A DNA stretch of 53,094 nt from Candidatus Yanofskybacteria bacterium RIFCSPLOWO2_01_FULL_49_17 (GCA_001795695.1 MGKO01000004.1:1-53094); one strand, 5' to 3'. Positions 16,848 to 25,285 are shown, counted from the first letter of the stretch. The notes: a model not told the origin generated them from the sequence alone. Made by a program: numbers and translations.

Positions 16848-17756
16848 ATGGCTCCGATGTCAAAATCAAAAAAGACATTGGCTCCGTCCAGCATCGTGAC
16901 CAGCCGCGACCCGAAGGGTTTGAAGTTCACTTCCATTCCGGCGATGTCTTACGACAAAGCCCGGCTCTCCGAGGAGGAGGCCCAGCGCCTCAACGACACG
17001 CCAGGTCTGGCCGACCTGATTGACGGTTTCATCGCCAAGAACCGGCGGTTGAACCAGTACGCCAATGAGGAAGTTGGTTCTGGATACGGCTATCCCAAGG
17101 GCTTCAAGCCCAAGGATCCCATGTCACAGTCCAACGATCTGCGTCAGCTCATCGGTGGCATCGGCTTCTTTGATCAGGACTACCTGACGCTCGTGCAGAA
17201 CGGCACGGTCGCCCTGCCGGACGGAGCCGAAGGATGGTTCGCCATCCCGCGGTGGCAGAAGATCGCACCGACGTACAACGAAGCGGTGGAGAAGGTTCTG
17301 GCTCTGATTGCTTCCAAGCGCACGTTCAAGAACTGGCGTGAAGGGCAACTCGGTCCGGATCGGTTCCGACAGCATCCGCGGACGGCGCACGCGCTGGACG
17401 TCATCGCCGAACAGCAGAAGGGCGCGGACATTCTCATCATTCCGGCCCAGTTCGGCCAGCGTCACGCCGGCCGCAGCGTCCGTCGGGCTCGTGAGGTCTT
17501 CACTTCACCCGAGTTCGGTCTCGACGCGTTTAGCAACGCCGTGATGTTGCTGACACACCCGGAGCGCCTCATTGCTTGTGAGGATCTCTGGATCGATTGC
17601 GCTGGTGACGAGTACGCGCCTGCTGCCGATGGCCGGTTCAACGAGGCACCGTACTTCGACTTCTACGTCGGCTGTCTGGGGCTGGACGCGCACGTTGTGG
17701 GCAGTGCGCTCGACTTCTGTGGCTCCGCGTCTGGGTTCGTCCCGCAGGCAGTCTGA
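16848..17756 (+). CDS. DGR variable (target) protein; VR forms the C-terminal 42 codons
   Basis: AAAGGAG precedes ATG 16848, with a second ATG at 16857; the track start at 16752 lies inside the promoter. The C-terminus PAADGRFNEAPYFDFYVGCLGLDAHVVGSALDFCGSASGFVP is encoded by the VR. No N-terminal signal peptide or TM is visible. Confidence 0.8.
   Translation: MAPMSKSKKTLAPSSIVTSRDPKGLKFTSIPAMSYDKARLSEEEAQRLNDTPGLADLIDGFIAKNRRLNQYANEEVGSGYGYPKGFKPKDPMSQSNDLRQLIGGIGFFDQDYLTLVQNGTVALPDGAEGWFAIPRWQKIAPTYNEAVEKVLALIASKRTFKNWREGQLGPDRFRQHPRTAHALDVIAEQQKGADILIIPAQFGQRHAGRSVRRAREVFTSPEFGLDAFSNAVMLLTHPERLIACEDLWIDCAGDEYAPAADGRFNEAPYFDFYVGCLGLDAHVVGSALDFCGSASGFVPQAV
17619..17744 (+). other. DGR variable region (VR)
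   Basis: 126 nt aligned without gaps to TR 18135-18260. There are 18 differences, all at TR adenines. The last 24 nt (ggctccgcgtctgggttcgtcccg) are identical, an IMH-like block. Confidence 0.9.
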
Positions 17757-17821
17757 AACTTGACTGTTGGGTCATTGAATCTTTTGCAATATTGATTCTT
17801 GATCCGGCAGTGGTTCCAAAA

Positions 17822-17851
17822 GGGCTATTCACAGAATATCATGGATAGCCC
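17822..17851 (+). terminator. Hairpin after the target gene
   Basis: GGGCTAT..ATAGCCC followed by a T-rich run. Confidence 0.45.
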
Positions 17852-17870
17852 TTATTAATTTTTATATAAT
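17842..17870 (+). promoter_or_regulatory. Candidate promoter for the TR-containing RNA
   Basis: TGGATA, 17-nt spacer, TATAAT. This is the same TGGAYA-17-TATAAT form as the T1 loop promoters. Confidence 0.4.
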
Positions 17871-18134
17871 AAAATTGTTCGGCTTGCGTACAGCGGTCTA
17901 TGGATTTCTGTCGCCGAATTATCTTTCAAGAGGCCAGCCGGAATTCTTGGGGCTACGGTTTCAAGGAGCGTGCTGAATTGAGGAGATACTGCTTGTCTCT
18001 GTCTCGCGCAGATGCTCAGAAGTATACGATGGGCTCCTGCCACATAAAATTCAGGACGAGAGGACATAAGTTGCTTGAGAGCAACAGTAAACTTTGTTAT
18101 CCGGTGATGATAGATGGGCAGAGACAATAAATAA

Positions 18135-18260
18135 CCTGCTGCCGATGGCCAGTTCAACAAGGCACCGTACTTCAACTTCAACGACGACTGTCTGAAGCTG
18201 GACACGAACGATGTGAGCAATGCGAACGACAACTATGGCTCCGCGTCTGGGTTCGTCCCG
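18135..18260 (+). other. DGR template region (TR)
   Basis: Non-coding copy of the VR, rich in AAC/AAG/GAC codons in the VR frame. Contains 30 adenines, 18 of which are substituted in the VR. Confidence 0.9.
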
Positions 18261-18275
18261 AAGTCACTCCTCAAA

Positions 18276-18305
18276 AACAGTGCCTGCTTTCAAGCAGGCA
18301 CTGTT
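18276..18305. terminator. Perfect 12-bp hairpin just 3' of the TR, overlapping the avd stop codon
   Basis: AACAGTGCCTGC-tttcaa-GCAGGCACTGTT. A T-run follows on the minus strand, so it fits an avd terminator. Confidence 0.6.
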
Positions 18306-18654
18306 AAGCCTCTTTAGTAGACCTCAGCCAGCCACCGATTTGCCTTCCCAGTTCATCTATATGAGACTGCAAGATAATATATTTTTTAATGTCCAGAGCT
18401 TTTGTGTCTTTCATAAGTCTGATAAATCCTCTGAGCATACTCACTACTACACTTGTCTCCTCAATGATAGATATCCGTAGTTCTTTTTTGGTTTGTATAG
18501 CTCGGGCGATAAGACGAATAAGCTCCAAGGTGTGTAGCTCTGTCTGTTTCCAAATAGTATATTGGTCTTTGCGCGACATCGTCTCCCGATATTCGCAGAG
18601 GAGTTTATATAGGTCATACGCTTTTCGATAGATAGGGATATCAAATTCATTCAT
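18304..18654 (-). CDS. avd: Avd-like accessory protein (four-helix-bundle / 23S-rRNA-IVS protein family)
   Basis: 116 aa, basic and helical. N-terminal IPIYRKAYDLYKLL and C-terminal ..LQSHIDELGRQIGGWLRS fit the family pattern. Adjacent to TR and RT. Confidence 0.7.
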   Translation of the reverse strand: MNEFDIPIYRKAYDLYKLLCEYRETMSRKDQYTIWKQTELHTLELIRLIARAIQTKKELRISIIEETSVVVSMLRGFIRLMKDTKALDIKKYIILQSHIDELGRQIGGWLRSTKEA

Positions 18655-18758
18655 CCCGTAGGAAATTTAACTGTCCAAGATTTAACCGATACACGGTACC
18701 AGTCAAGACAAGTCACATATAAACTGTTAATAATTAATTTGTAAAAATTTCTGACGGG
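18655..18758. repeat. T2-like TIR element filling the avd/RT divergent spacer
   Basis: Termini CCCGTAGGAAATTT / AAATTTCTGACGGG. Its 104 nt matches the size class of the 105-nt T2 copies. The avd ATG abuts one end; the RT ATG lies 4 nt from the other. Confidence 0.6.
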
Positions 18759-18762
18759 ATTC

Positions 18763-19811
18763 ATGAAGATATATTATGATGTTTTTTCTAAAATAGTTTC
18801 CCTAGAGAGCTTATTTTTAGCATGGCAGGAGTTTCGGAAAGGTAAATCGGCAAAGGAAGATGTTCAACAATTTGAGTTCAATCTGGAGGAAAATATTTTC
18901 CAACTTCACGATGAGTTGGCTAACGGCTTGTATCGTCACGGACCATATGAAGGATTTTTCGTTCACGATCCCAAGCGTAGGCATATTCACAAGGCTTTGG
19001 TCCGAGATCGGGTCGTCCATCACGCTATATTTTCGGTTATCAATCCGATATTTGAGGAAACGTTCATTCCAACATCCTTTTCCTGTCGGGTGGGATTTGG
19101 CGCTCATCGAGGAGTGGCAAGATTGCATCAGATGCTTCGTTCGGTGTCCTGTAACGGAACCAGGTCTTGTTTTGCTTTGAAATGCGATATTAAAAAATTC
19201 TTTGACTCGATAGATCATAATGTCCTGCTGGACCTTATTGGCAACCGAATGAAAGATCCCTCGGCGGGAATTTTGGTGAGCGAAGTTATTAATAGTTACG
19301 CCACGAGAGAGAGAGAGAGAGCAGAAACAGCCACCGAAAAACCGGTTTGCCCATCGGTAACCTGACCAGCCAGCTCTTTGGCAATATCTACATGAACGAG
19401 TTTGATCAGTTCGTAAAGCATAAATTGCGAGTTAAGAATTATTGCCGCTACACAGACGATTTTATCATTGTTTCATCAGAAAAAGAATACTTAGAAGAAC
19501 TGATTCCGAGAATAGAAGCGTTTTTAGGAGAACGGTTGCATTTGAAGTTGCACCCTGCCAAAGTAAGTATCCGTAAGATGGGTCAAGGAGTTGATTTCCT
19601 TGGTTATGTACAATTTCTTAATCATAGATTGTTACGTGTTAAAACCAGACGTCGGATATTTAGGAAATTTAACAATCAAATATTAAAGTATCAGCAGGGC
19701 ATTATTTCTCGCGAAAAATTGAATAGTTCCTTGCAATCTTACCTTGGTGTCTTTGGCCATGCCGATACATTCAGCATTGAACAGGAATTGCTCAATTTAT
19801 TGCCCATTTGA
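18763..19811 (+). CDS. DGR reverse transcriptase, split into two frames at a (GA)8 tract
   Basis: ORF 18763-19365 carries the N-terminal RT motifs (..HIHKALVRDRVVHHAI.., FDSIDH). The frame open from 19296 to 19811 carries GLPIGNLTSQLFGNIYMNEFD (the DGR-type [IL]GxxxSQ motif) and YTDDF. Removing one GA unit fuses both into about 348 aa. Confidence 0.85.
19305..19320. repeat. (GA)8 dinucleotide tract at the RT frame junction
   Basis: gagagagagagagaga followed by g. Confidence 0.95.
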
Positions 19812-19841
19812 ATTAAGTTTTTTTTCTGTTAAAATACCCGA

Positions 19842-20444
19842 ATGCTAGAGCAAAATCCTATCGTTCCCATGCCGTCCGAGCCATCACTGCGTCAAGAACT
19901 TGGTGCGTTTGTATGGGAGACCATCAAGATAGTCGTCATCTCCCTTGTCATTATTTTTCCGATACGCTACTATCTGCTCCAGCCGTTCTTTGTGAAAGGC
20001 GCGTCAATGGAATCAACCCTTGAGGACGGCGACTACATCTTCATTGACGAGCTGTCGTATCAGTTCAACGACCCGCGGCGGGGGGATGTGGTCGTCTTCC
20101 GCTATCCCTTGGACCAGTCGCAATTTTTCATAAAAAGGGTCATCGGCCTGCCCGGCGAGACCTTGGAGATAAAGAACAATCAGGTCATCATTTACAACAA
20201 AATACACCCCAAAGGGCAAGTATTGCCGGAGCCGTATCTTGAGCCGGGCCAGCAGACCCTCGGCCAGATGCGCATCAAACTTGATGACAACGAATATTTC
20301 GTGTTGGGCGACAACCGGGCCAAAAGCTCCGACTCGCGCCGCTGGGGCGCGGTCAACCGCTCGCTCATCACCGGTCGGGCCTTTATCCGGCTCTGGCCGC
20401 TCAATGACGGCATCCGAGTTCCGCATATCAGCTATCCAATCTAG
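19842..20444 (+). CDS. lepB: Signal peptidase I
   Basis: Motifs GASMESTL (catalytic Ser), RGDVVVF, KRVIGLPGE, GDNRAKSSDSR. Confidence 0.9.
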   Translation: MLEQNPIVPMPSEPSLRQELGAFVWETIKIVVISLVIIFPIRYYLLQPFFVKGASMESTLEDGDYIFIDELSYQFNDPRRGDVVVFRYPLDQSQFFIKRVIGLPGETLEIKNNQVIIYNKIHPKGQVLPEPYLEPGQQTLGQMRIKLDDNEYFVLGDNRAKSSDSRRWGAVNRSLITGRAFIRLWPLNDGIRVPHISYPI

Positions 20445-20518
20445 GTTCTAACCATAAAATATGGACTATGGAATAAAAAATTTCCAGCTCATAATCCATA
20501 ATACGTAATCCATAATCC
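20445..20518. repeat. H7 hairpin (TATGGAN / ATAATCC units) ending at the hisS ATG
   Basis: atatggactatggaat .. ataatccataatacgtaatccataatcc ATG. Confidence 0.6.
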
Positions 20519-21811
20519 ATGAAAGCGAAGCAGATTCAATCGGTCAAGGGAATGCACGATATTTTGCCCGAGGACCAGAAGTACTGGCGCTATGTCCAAA
20601 AGAAAGCCGAGCAGCTGCTTGAATACTACGGCTTTGAGAGGATGTCCACACCGGTGCTGGAACAGGCCGAGCTTTTCATTCGCTCGGCCGGCGAGGGTTC
20701 CGATATCGTGGACAAAGAGATCTACACTCTGAAAACGAAGGGCGGGGACACTCTGGCCTTGCGGCCGGAGGCGACCGCTCCAGTTGTGCGCGCTTACCTG
20801 GAGAACGGGATGAACGTCCGTCCTCATCCGGTCAAACTTTACTTGATTGAGCCGATGTTCCGCCATGACGAGCCCCAGGCCGGACGCTACCGCCAATTCC
20901 ATCAGGTCAATGTTGAGACCATCGGTGACGCTTCGGAAGCGGTTGATGCGGAACTTATATTTTTGGGCTACAAACTGCTTGAGTCATTGGGACTTGAAAA
21001 TTTCAATGTCCAGATAAATTCTATCGGCGACCAGAACTGCCGGCCGGCCTATCTCAAGGCCTTGAAAGATTATTTCAAGAACCGCTCCAAGAAACTTTGC
21101 GCTGATTGCAAAGTACGCATGAAAGAAAACGTTCTTCGTATTTTGGACTGCAAAGAGGAGGGATGCAAAGAAGCGGCTAAAGAAGCGCCCCAAATGGTTG
21201 ATTTTCTAGATGAATCTTGCCGACTGCATTTCAAGCACGTCTTGGAATTCTTGGACGAGGCCAAAGTTCCGTACATCTTGAATCCATATTTGGTCCGCGG
21301 TCTGGATTACTACACTCGCACCATATTTGAGTTCGTGCCGGATGAACCGCCAGCTGGCGGAGCGGCCTCGCAGTCAACTCTGCTTGCCGGCGGGAGATAT
21401 GACCGGCTGATTGAACAGCTCGGCGGGGCCAAAACGCCGGCGGCCGGCTGGGCGATTGGCATTGAGCGCATCATTCTGGCCATGAAGGAAAAAGACGTTC
21501 ATGTGCCGGAATCCGGACCTAAGCCGAAAGTGTTTCTAGTCCAGCTTGGCGAGGCACCCAAGCGCAAGGCCCTGCCATTGTTTGAAAGCTTCCGCAAAGC
21601 GGGCATTGAGGCCAAGTCCTCCCTCGGCCGCGACAGCATCAAGTCGCAATTACGCATTGCCCACCGCTTAGACGTAAGATTCGCGCTGATATTCGGCCAG
21701 AAAGAAGCGTTGGAAGGAACCATCATTCTTCGCGACATGGACTCGAGTATCCAGGAAACCATTCCGTTGGAAAAGATCGTGGACGAAGTCAAAAAAAGAT
21801 TAAAGGCATAG
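20519..21811 (+). CDS. hisS: Histidyl-tRNA synthetase with an in-frame PPAGG palindrome
   Basis: Motifs GMHDILP, LRPEATAPVVRAY, FRHDEPQAGRYRQFHQ, RGLDYYT, AGGRYD. Confidence 0.9.
   Translation: MKAKQIQSVKGMHDILPEDQKYWRYVQKKAEQLLEYYGFERMSTPVLEQAELFIRSAGEGSDIVDKEIYTLKTKGGDTLALRPEATAPVVRAYLENGMNVRPHPVKLYLIEPMFRHDEPQAGRYRQFHQVNVETIGDASEAVDAELIFLGYKLLESLGLENFNVQINSIGDQNCRPAYLKALKDYFKNRSKKLCADCKVRMKENVLRILDCKEEGCKEAAKEAPQMVDFLDESCRLHFKHVLEFLDEAKVPYILNPYLVRGLDYYTRTIFEFVPDEPPAGGAASQSTLLAGGRYDRLIEQLGGAKTPAAGWAIGIERIILAMKEKDVHVPESGPKPKVFLVQLGEAPKRKALPLFESFRKAGIEAKSSLGRDSIKSQLRIAHRLDVRFALIFGQKEALEGTIILRDMDSSIQETIPLEKIVDEVKKRLKA
21347..21360. repeat. Palindrome CCGCCAGCTGGCGG (P2) inside hisS
   Basis: Reads CCG CCA GCT GGC GGA = PPAGG, located between the conserved FEF and GGRYD blocks. 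Confidence 0.9.
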
Positions 21812-21981
21812 CTTATCAGCTGACTAGCTTCCTAGCTTATTAGAATGACAGCCATTCACGGATATAAAGAGCTCATTGTATGGCAAAGATCAATGGAACT
21901 TGTGGTAGAGGTGATGAAAATGTTAAATAGTATGATTGGCAAACTAATAAGCTAATAAGCTAATATCTAATAAGCTAAACA
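21812..21981. repeat. H7 hairpin (AGCTAAT family) whose loop holds a gene remnant
   Basis: Arm gcttatcagctgactagcttcctagcttattag and arm ctaataagctaataagctaatatctaataagctaa. Confidence 0.6.
21845..21955 (+). pseudogene. Internally deleted remnant of a four-helix-bundle (23S-IVS/Avd family) gene
   Basis: The 36-aa ORF is MTAIHGYKELIVWQRSMELVVEVMKMLNSMIGKLIS. It combines the family's N-terminal (DLIVWQK..L) and C-terminal (KMLN.LI..L) signatures with the middle missing. Confidence 0.5.
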
Positions 21982-22320
21982 ATGATAGACGATGTCTTCT
22001 GTAAAATAATAAAAGGCGAGCTTAAGTCGGAAATCGTTTTAGAGAACGAAGAGTTTATCGTCATCAAAGACATCAAGCCGAACGCGCCGGTCCATCTTTT
22101 GATAATCCCGAAACAGCATTACTTCGGTCTTCACGACGCGCCGCCGGAGCTGGTCGGCCGGGCCTTTGAATTTACCAAAAAAACGGCCGAGCACGTCGGT
22201 GTAGCCGATAACGGCTACCGTTTGGTCCTTAACGAAGGCAAACATGCCGGCAAATTAGTGCCACACCTACATATTCATTTATTGGCTGGCAAAGACCTCG
22301 GCGCGAAGCTTATAAAATAA
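21982..22320 (+). CDS. HIT family (histidine triad) protein
   Basis: Motifs FCKIIKGE, DIKPNAPVHLLIIPK, HLHIHLL. Confidence 0.85.
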   Translation: MIDDVFCKIIKGELKSEIVLENEEFIVIKDIKPNAPVHLLIIPKQHYFGLHDAPPELVGRAFEFTKKTAEHVGVADNGYRLVLNEGKHAGKLVPHLHIHLLAGKDLGAKLIK

Positions 22321-22385
22321 ATTTTGAAATTGAACTCATTTTAGTATATACTCCTGGGTAAAGGAGGTATTTATGAGGTATTTAT

Positions 22386-22652
22386 ATGGTAGAAGTCAAA
22401 CGAAAACCAAATGAATCCATCGGCGGTTTATTGCGCCGATTCAACCGCTTCGTCCAACAGAGCGGCGTTTTGCTCAAAGCCAAGCGCTCCAAGTTCCGCG
22501 AAAAGACGATGACCGAGCGCAAGGAGAAGAACGCGGCTATCATGGGTCTGCATCTTTCGGAACTTCGCAAGCGTCTTGAAAAACTCGGCAAATATGATGA
22601 GGAGACATTTGATGAGGAGAAGCGCAAGATGAAACAAGAACTTGGACTATAA
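22386..22652 (+). CDS. rpsU: Ribosomal protein S21
   Basis: VEVKRKPNESIGGLLRRFNRFVQQSGVLLKAKRSKFREK. SD AAAGGAGG lies upstream. Confidence 0.75.
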   Translation: MVEVKRKPNESIGGLLRRFNRFVQQSGVLLKAKRSKFREKTMTERKEKNAAIMGLHLSELRKRLEKLGKYDEETFDEEKRKMKQELGL

Positions 22653-22722
22653 TCCTAATCTACGAATGTATCCGAATGATACGAATTCGGAGCATTCGAA
22701 TATAATTTGTAACATTCGTATT
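22653..22722. repeat. H7 hairpin (CGAATG / CATTCG units)
   Basis: acgaatgtatccgaatgatacgaattcgg / agcattcgaatataatttgtaacattcgt, ending 3 nt before the ATG. Confidence 0.55.
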
Positions 22723-23172
22723 ATGTTAAAACAACGATTGCAGGATGAACAAAAGCAGGCACTAAAAGAGGGGAATGGCTCAAAACGTACTCTGATCGGC
22801 ATGGTTCTGTCGGCCGTCAAAAATAAGGAGATAGATAAACATGGCGAACTGACCGATGGTGAAGTCATTGCCGTTATCGCTTCGGAAGTAAAAAAGAGAA
22901 AGGACTCCGCCGCCCAGTTTGAGGGCGGGGGGCGGCCCGAGCTGGCCGAGGGAGAGAGGAAGGAAATTGAGATGCTTATGCCCTATATGCCGGCCCAGCT
23001 TTCCGATGACGCCGTCCGTGAAGAGGTCAAAAAAGCCATTGCCGAGATCGGCGCGGCAGGACCCAAAGACATGGGCAAAGTTATCGCCGCGGTCATGGCC
23101 AAGGTCAAAGGCCAAGCCGAAGGCGGCAAGGTCAGCGCTATGGTCAAAGAAGAACTCACGCTCCGCCAATAG
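22723..23172 (+). CDS. GatB/YqeY domain protein
   Basis: LKQRLQDEQKQALKEG...VKKRKDSAAQFEGGGRPELAEGERKEIEML..YMP..L. The stop codon TAG lies inside the E2 terminal repeat. Confidence 0.8.
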   Translation: MLKQRLQDEQKQALKEGNGSKRTLIGMVLSAVKNKEIDKHGELTDGEVIAVIASEVKKRKDSAAQFEGGGRPELAEGERKEIEMLMPYMPAQLSDDAVREEVKKAIAEIGAAGPKDMGKVIAAVMAKVKGQAEGGKVSAMVKEELTLRQ

Positions 23173-23340
23173 TCCCTCTCGCAAAACGGCGTCAAATCTT
23201 TCCGGCGAAGATTTGCGCCTCACTCTCGCCGGTTCACCAAGCTCCAGCTATGAAATAGCCAATGATTTAATAATATCATTGGCTATTTCAATTATTGAGG
23301 AGCCGAACCGGCTCCGAGAGTTTGCTCTAAGGGCTATTGG
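23166..23340. repeat. MITE-like element E2 (same family as E1)
   Basis: TIRs ccaatagtccctctcgcaaaac / gtttgctctaagggctattgg. 23175-23215 is about 85% identical to the reverse complement of 15112-15150. Contains a perfect 15-bp hairpin at 23252-23289. Confidence 0.65.
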
Positions 23341-23550
23341 CTCCGCTTAAACTTTAGCGAAGCCAGATGGCTTTGAACTAACTTGTGAGTCCAGATTGCA
23401 CGGTTTGTCAATGACCGAGCCCCGCTTTGCGGGACGAGTGTCTTTACAAAATCTGGATGAACAGCGTAGGGAGCGAACCGCGCTGGGACGAGCGACCGAT
23501 AGTGAAAAGCCGTCTGGCGAAGCGATAATTTTATTGATAATATTTAGAAC

Positions 23551-24027
23551 ATGGTCGACCTTGTTTTTGAGAACAATTCAGAGCATCATGAGTGGCCGGA
23601 GAAATTTTTTAGTTTTGTGGTCACCAAGACGCTGGAACATCTAGGTTTAATTAGAAAAACAGGCCTGCCTGCCGGCAGGCAGGTGGAGCTGGGCGTCCAA
23701 TTAGTGACGCCACAACGGAGTCAGGAGCTCAATCTAAAACATCGGCAAAAAAATAAGCCGACGGATGTTTTATCCTTTCCGCTTGATGATGTGACCCTTG
23801 CCAAATATGATATACTGCCATTGGGCGATATTTTCATCTGCCCGGATATTGCCCTGGCCCAGGCAAAGGAACATCATGTTCCGGAAAAGGAAGAAATGGC
23901 CCGTCTCGTCATTCACGGCATTTTGCATCTTTTGGGCTATGACCATGAAAAATCACCGGAGGATGGGAAAAAAATGCTGAACCTTCAAGAAGAAATCTTA
24001 AATCAATTGTCTTTCAGAAATGGCTAA
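23551..24027 (+). CDS. ybeY: rRNA maturation endoribonuclease YbeY with an in-frame LPAGRQ palindrome
   Basis: HGILHLLGYDHE zinc motif. The palindrome at 23664-23683 encodes LPAGRQ. Confidence 0.85.
   Translation: MVDLVFENNSEHHEWPEKFFSFVVTKTLEHLGLIRKTGLPAGRQVELGVQLVTPQRSQELNLKHRQKNKPTDVLSFPLDDVTLAKYDILPLGDIFICPDIALAQAKEHHVPEKEEMARLVIHGILHLLGYDHEKSPEDGKKMLNLQEEILNQLSFRNG
23664..23683. repeat. Palindrome P1 inside ybeY
   Basis: CCTGCCTGCCGGCAGGCAGG. Confidence 0.95.
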
Positions 24028-25285
24028 GCCGCGATTAATTTCAGGCATTGATATCGGCAATTCCCAGATAAAGGTGGCTATTGCCAAAATGGAACCGGCC
24101 CGCGCAAGGCCGGACCTTTTAGGCATCGGCTCCGCTCCTTCTAATGGCTTGCGCCGAGGAATGGTCGTGGACATGGAAGAGACCATCGGCAATATCAGGT
24201 CCGCGCTTCAAAGAGCTGAAGCCATATCAGGAATCAAAGTTAAAAGAGCGTATATAGCAGTCAGCGGTCTTCACATTAAGAACCAGACCTCGCGAGGAGT
24301 TATAGCCGTATCCAGGGCCGACAATGAGATATCCCAGAGCGACATTGACCGCGTCATTCAAGCGGCTTCAGTGGTCAGCTTGCCGGCCAACCGCGAGATA
24401 GTCCATGTCATACCCAGGAATTTCATCGTTGACGGGACAGAAAACGTCAAAAATCCGCTGGGCATGAAAGGCGTTCGCCTTGAGGCCGAGGTTTGCATCA
24501 TAGATGGCCTCTCTCCCTACCTTCGCAATATCGTGAAGTGCGTCAATGAGAACGGGATTGAAGTGGCCGGTCTGGTCTTCGCGCCTCTGGCCGCTTCTTT
24601 GTCCGTATTAGACAAGAATCAGCGCGAGTACGGCGTGATACACCTTGATTTCGGTGGAGGCACGTCCTCGCTGACTGTATTTGAAGAGGCCGACCTTCTG
24701 CATGCGGCGATTCTGCCGGTCGGCTCCAAGCATATCACCAGCGATTTAGCTGTCGCTCTGCGCACTTCAATGGACGTGGCCGAGAGAGTAAAGCTGGAGC
24801 ACGGTTCGACATCAGTCAATGAGGACTCACCTCGCTTTGGCTCCGGCGGAGCGGGCGGCCGCCGGCGCGATATGATAGACCTGTCTTCGCTTATCGGCGA
24901 AGAAAAATTTGTTCTTCCCAAAAAACAACTTGTCCGCGTTGTGGATGCAAGAACGCAGGAACTTCTGGACCTTGTTTCCGCCGAGCTTAAAAAAGTTTCG
25001 CGCAACGGGATGCTGCCGGCCGGCGTAGTTGTTTCCGGCGGTGGAGCCAACCTGCCTGGCCTTCTGCCGTACATAAAAGATTCTCTGCGCTTGCCCGTCC
25101 GTTTGGCCAGGCCGATGCATCTTGAAGGTATGGTTGACGCGGCCGCCGATCCGTCATTCGCTGTGGTCACCGGCCTGATATTGTGGGGGGTTGAGCAGGA
25201 GATGGGAAGTGACCGTAAAGAATCTATCGGTTCTGTGTCCGGGGCCGGAAAATTTATGGGCTGGCTTAAGAATTTCATGCCCTAA
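24020..25285 (+). CDS. ftsA: Cell division protein FtsA
   Basis: Actin-like ATPase motifs DIGNSQIKV and DFGGGTSS, followed by ftsZ. Confidence 0.9.
   Translation: MAKPRLISGIDIGNSQIKVAIAKMEPARARPDLLGIGSAPSNGLRRGMVVDMEETIGNIRSALQRAEAISGIKVKRAYIAVSGLHIKNQTSRGVIAVSRADNEISQSDIDRVIQAASVVSLPANREIVHVIPRNFIVDGTENVKNPLGMKGVRLEAEVCIIDGLSPYLRNIVKCVNENGIEVAGLVFAPLAASLSVLDKNQREYGVIHLDFGGGTSSLTVFEEADLLHAAILPVGSKHITSDLAVALRTSMDVAERVKLEHGSTSVNEDSPRFGSGGAGGRRRDMIDLSSLIGEEKFVLPKKQLVRVVDARTQELLDLVSAELKKVSRNGMLPAGVVVSGGGANLPGLLPYIKDSLRLPVRLARPMHLEGMVDAAADPSFAVVTGLILWGVEQEMGSDRKESIGSVSGAGKFMGWLKNFMP

Noticed and set aside
17949-17966. GGGGCTACGGTTTCAAGG in the DGR leader resembles the 5' end of tmRNA (GGGG...GGATTCGAC).
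   Set aside because: No matching T-arm (GGTTCGAATCC-like) or ..CCA acceptor partner is present, and no plausible tag ORF lies within the next 400 nt on either strand.
17855-18480. ORFs 17855-18232 (-), 17900-18130 (+) and 18220-18480 (+) in the DGR spacer/TR region.
   Set aside because: They overlap the TR or the avd gene, have no RBS or recognisable motifs, and show odd composition. The TR is by definition a non-coding template. The 76-aa ORF at 17900-18130 cannot be fully excluded.
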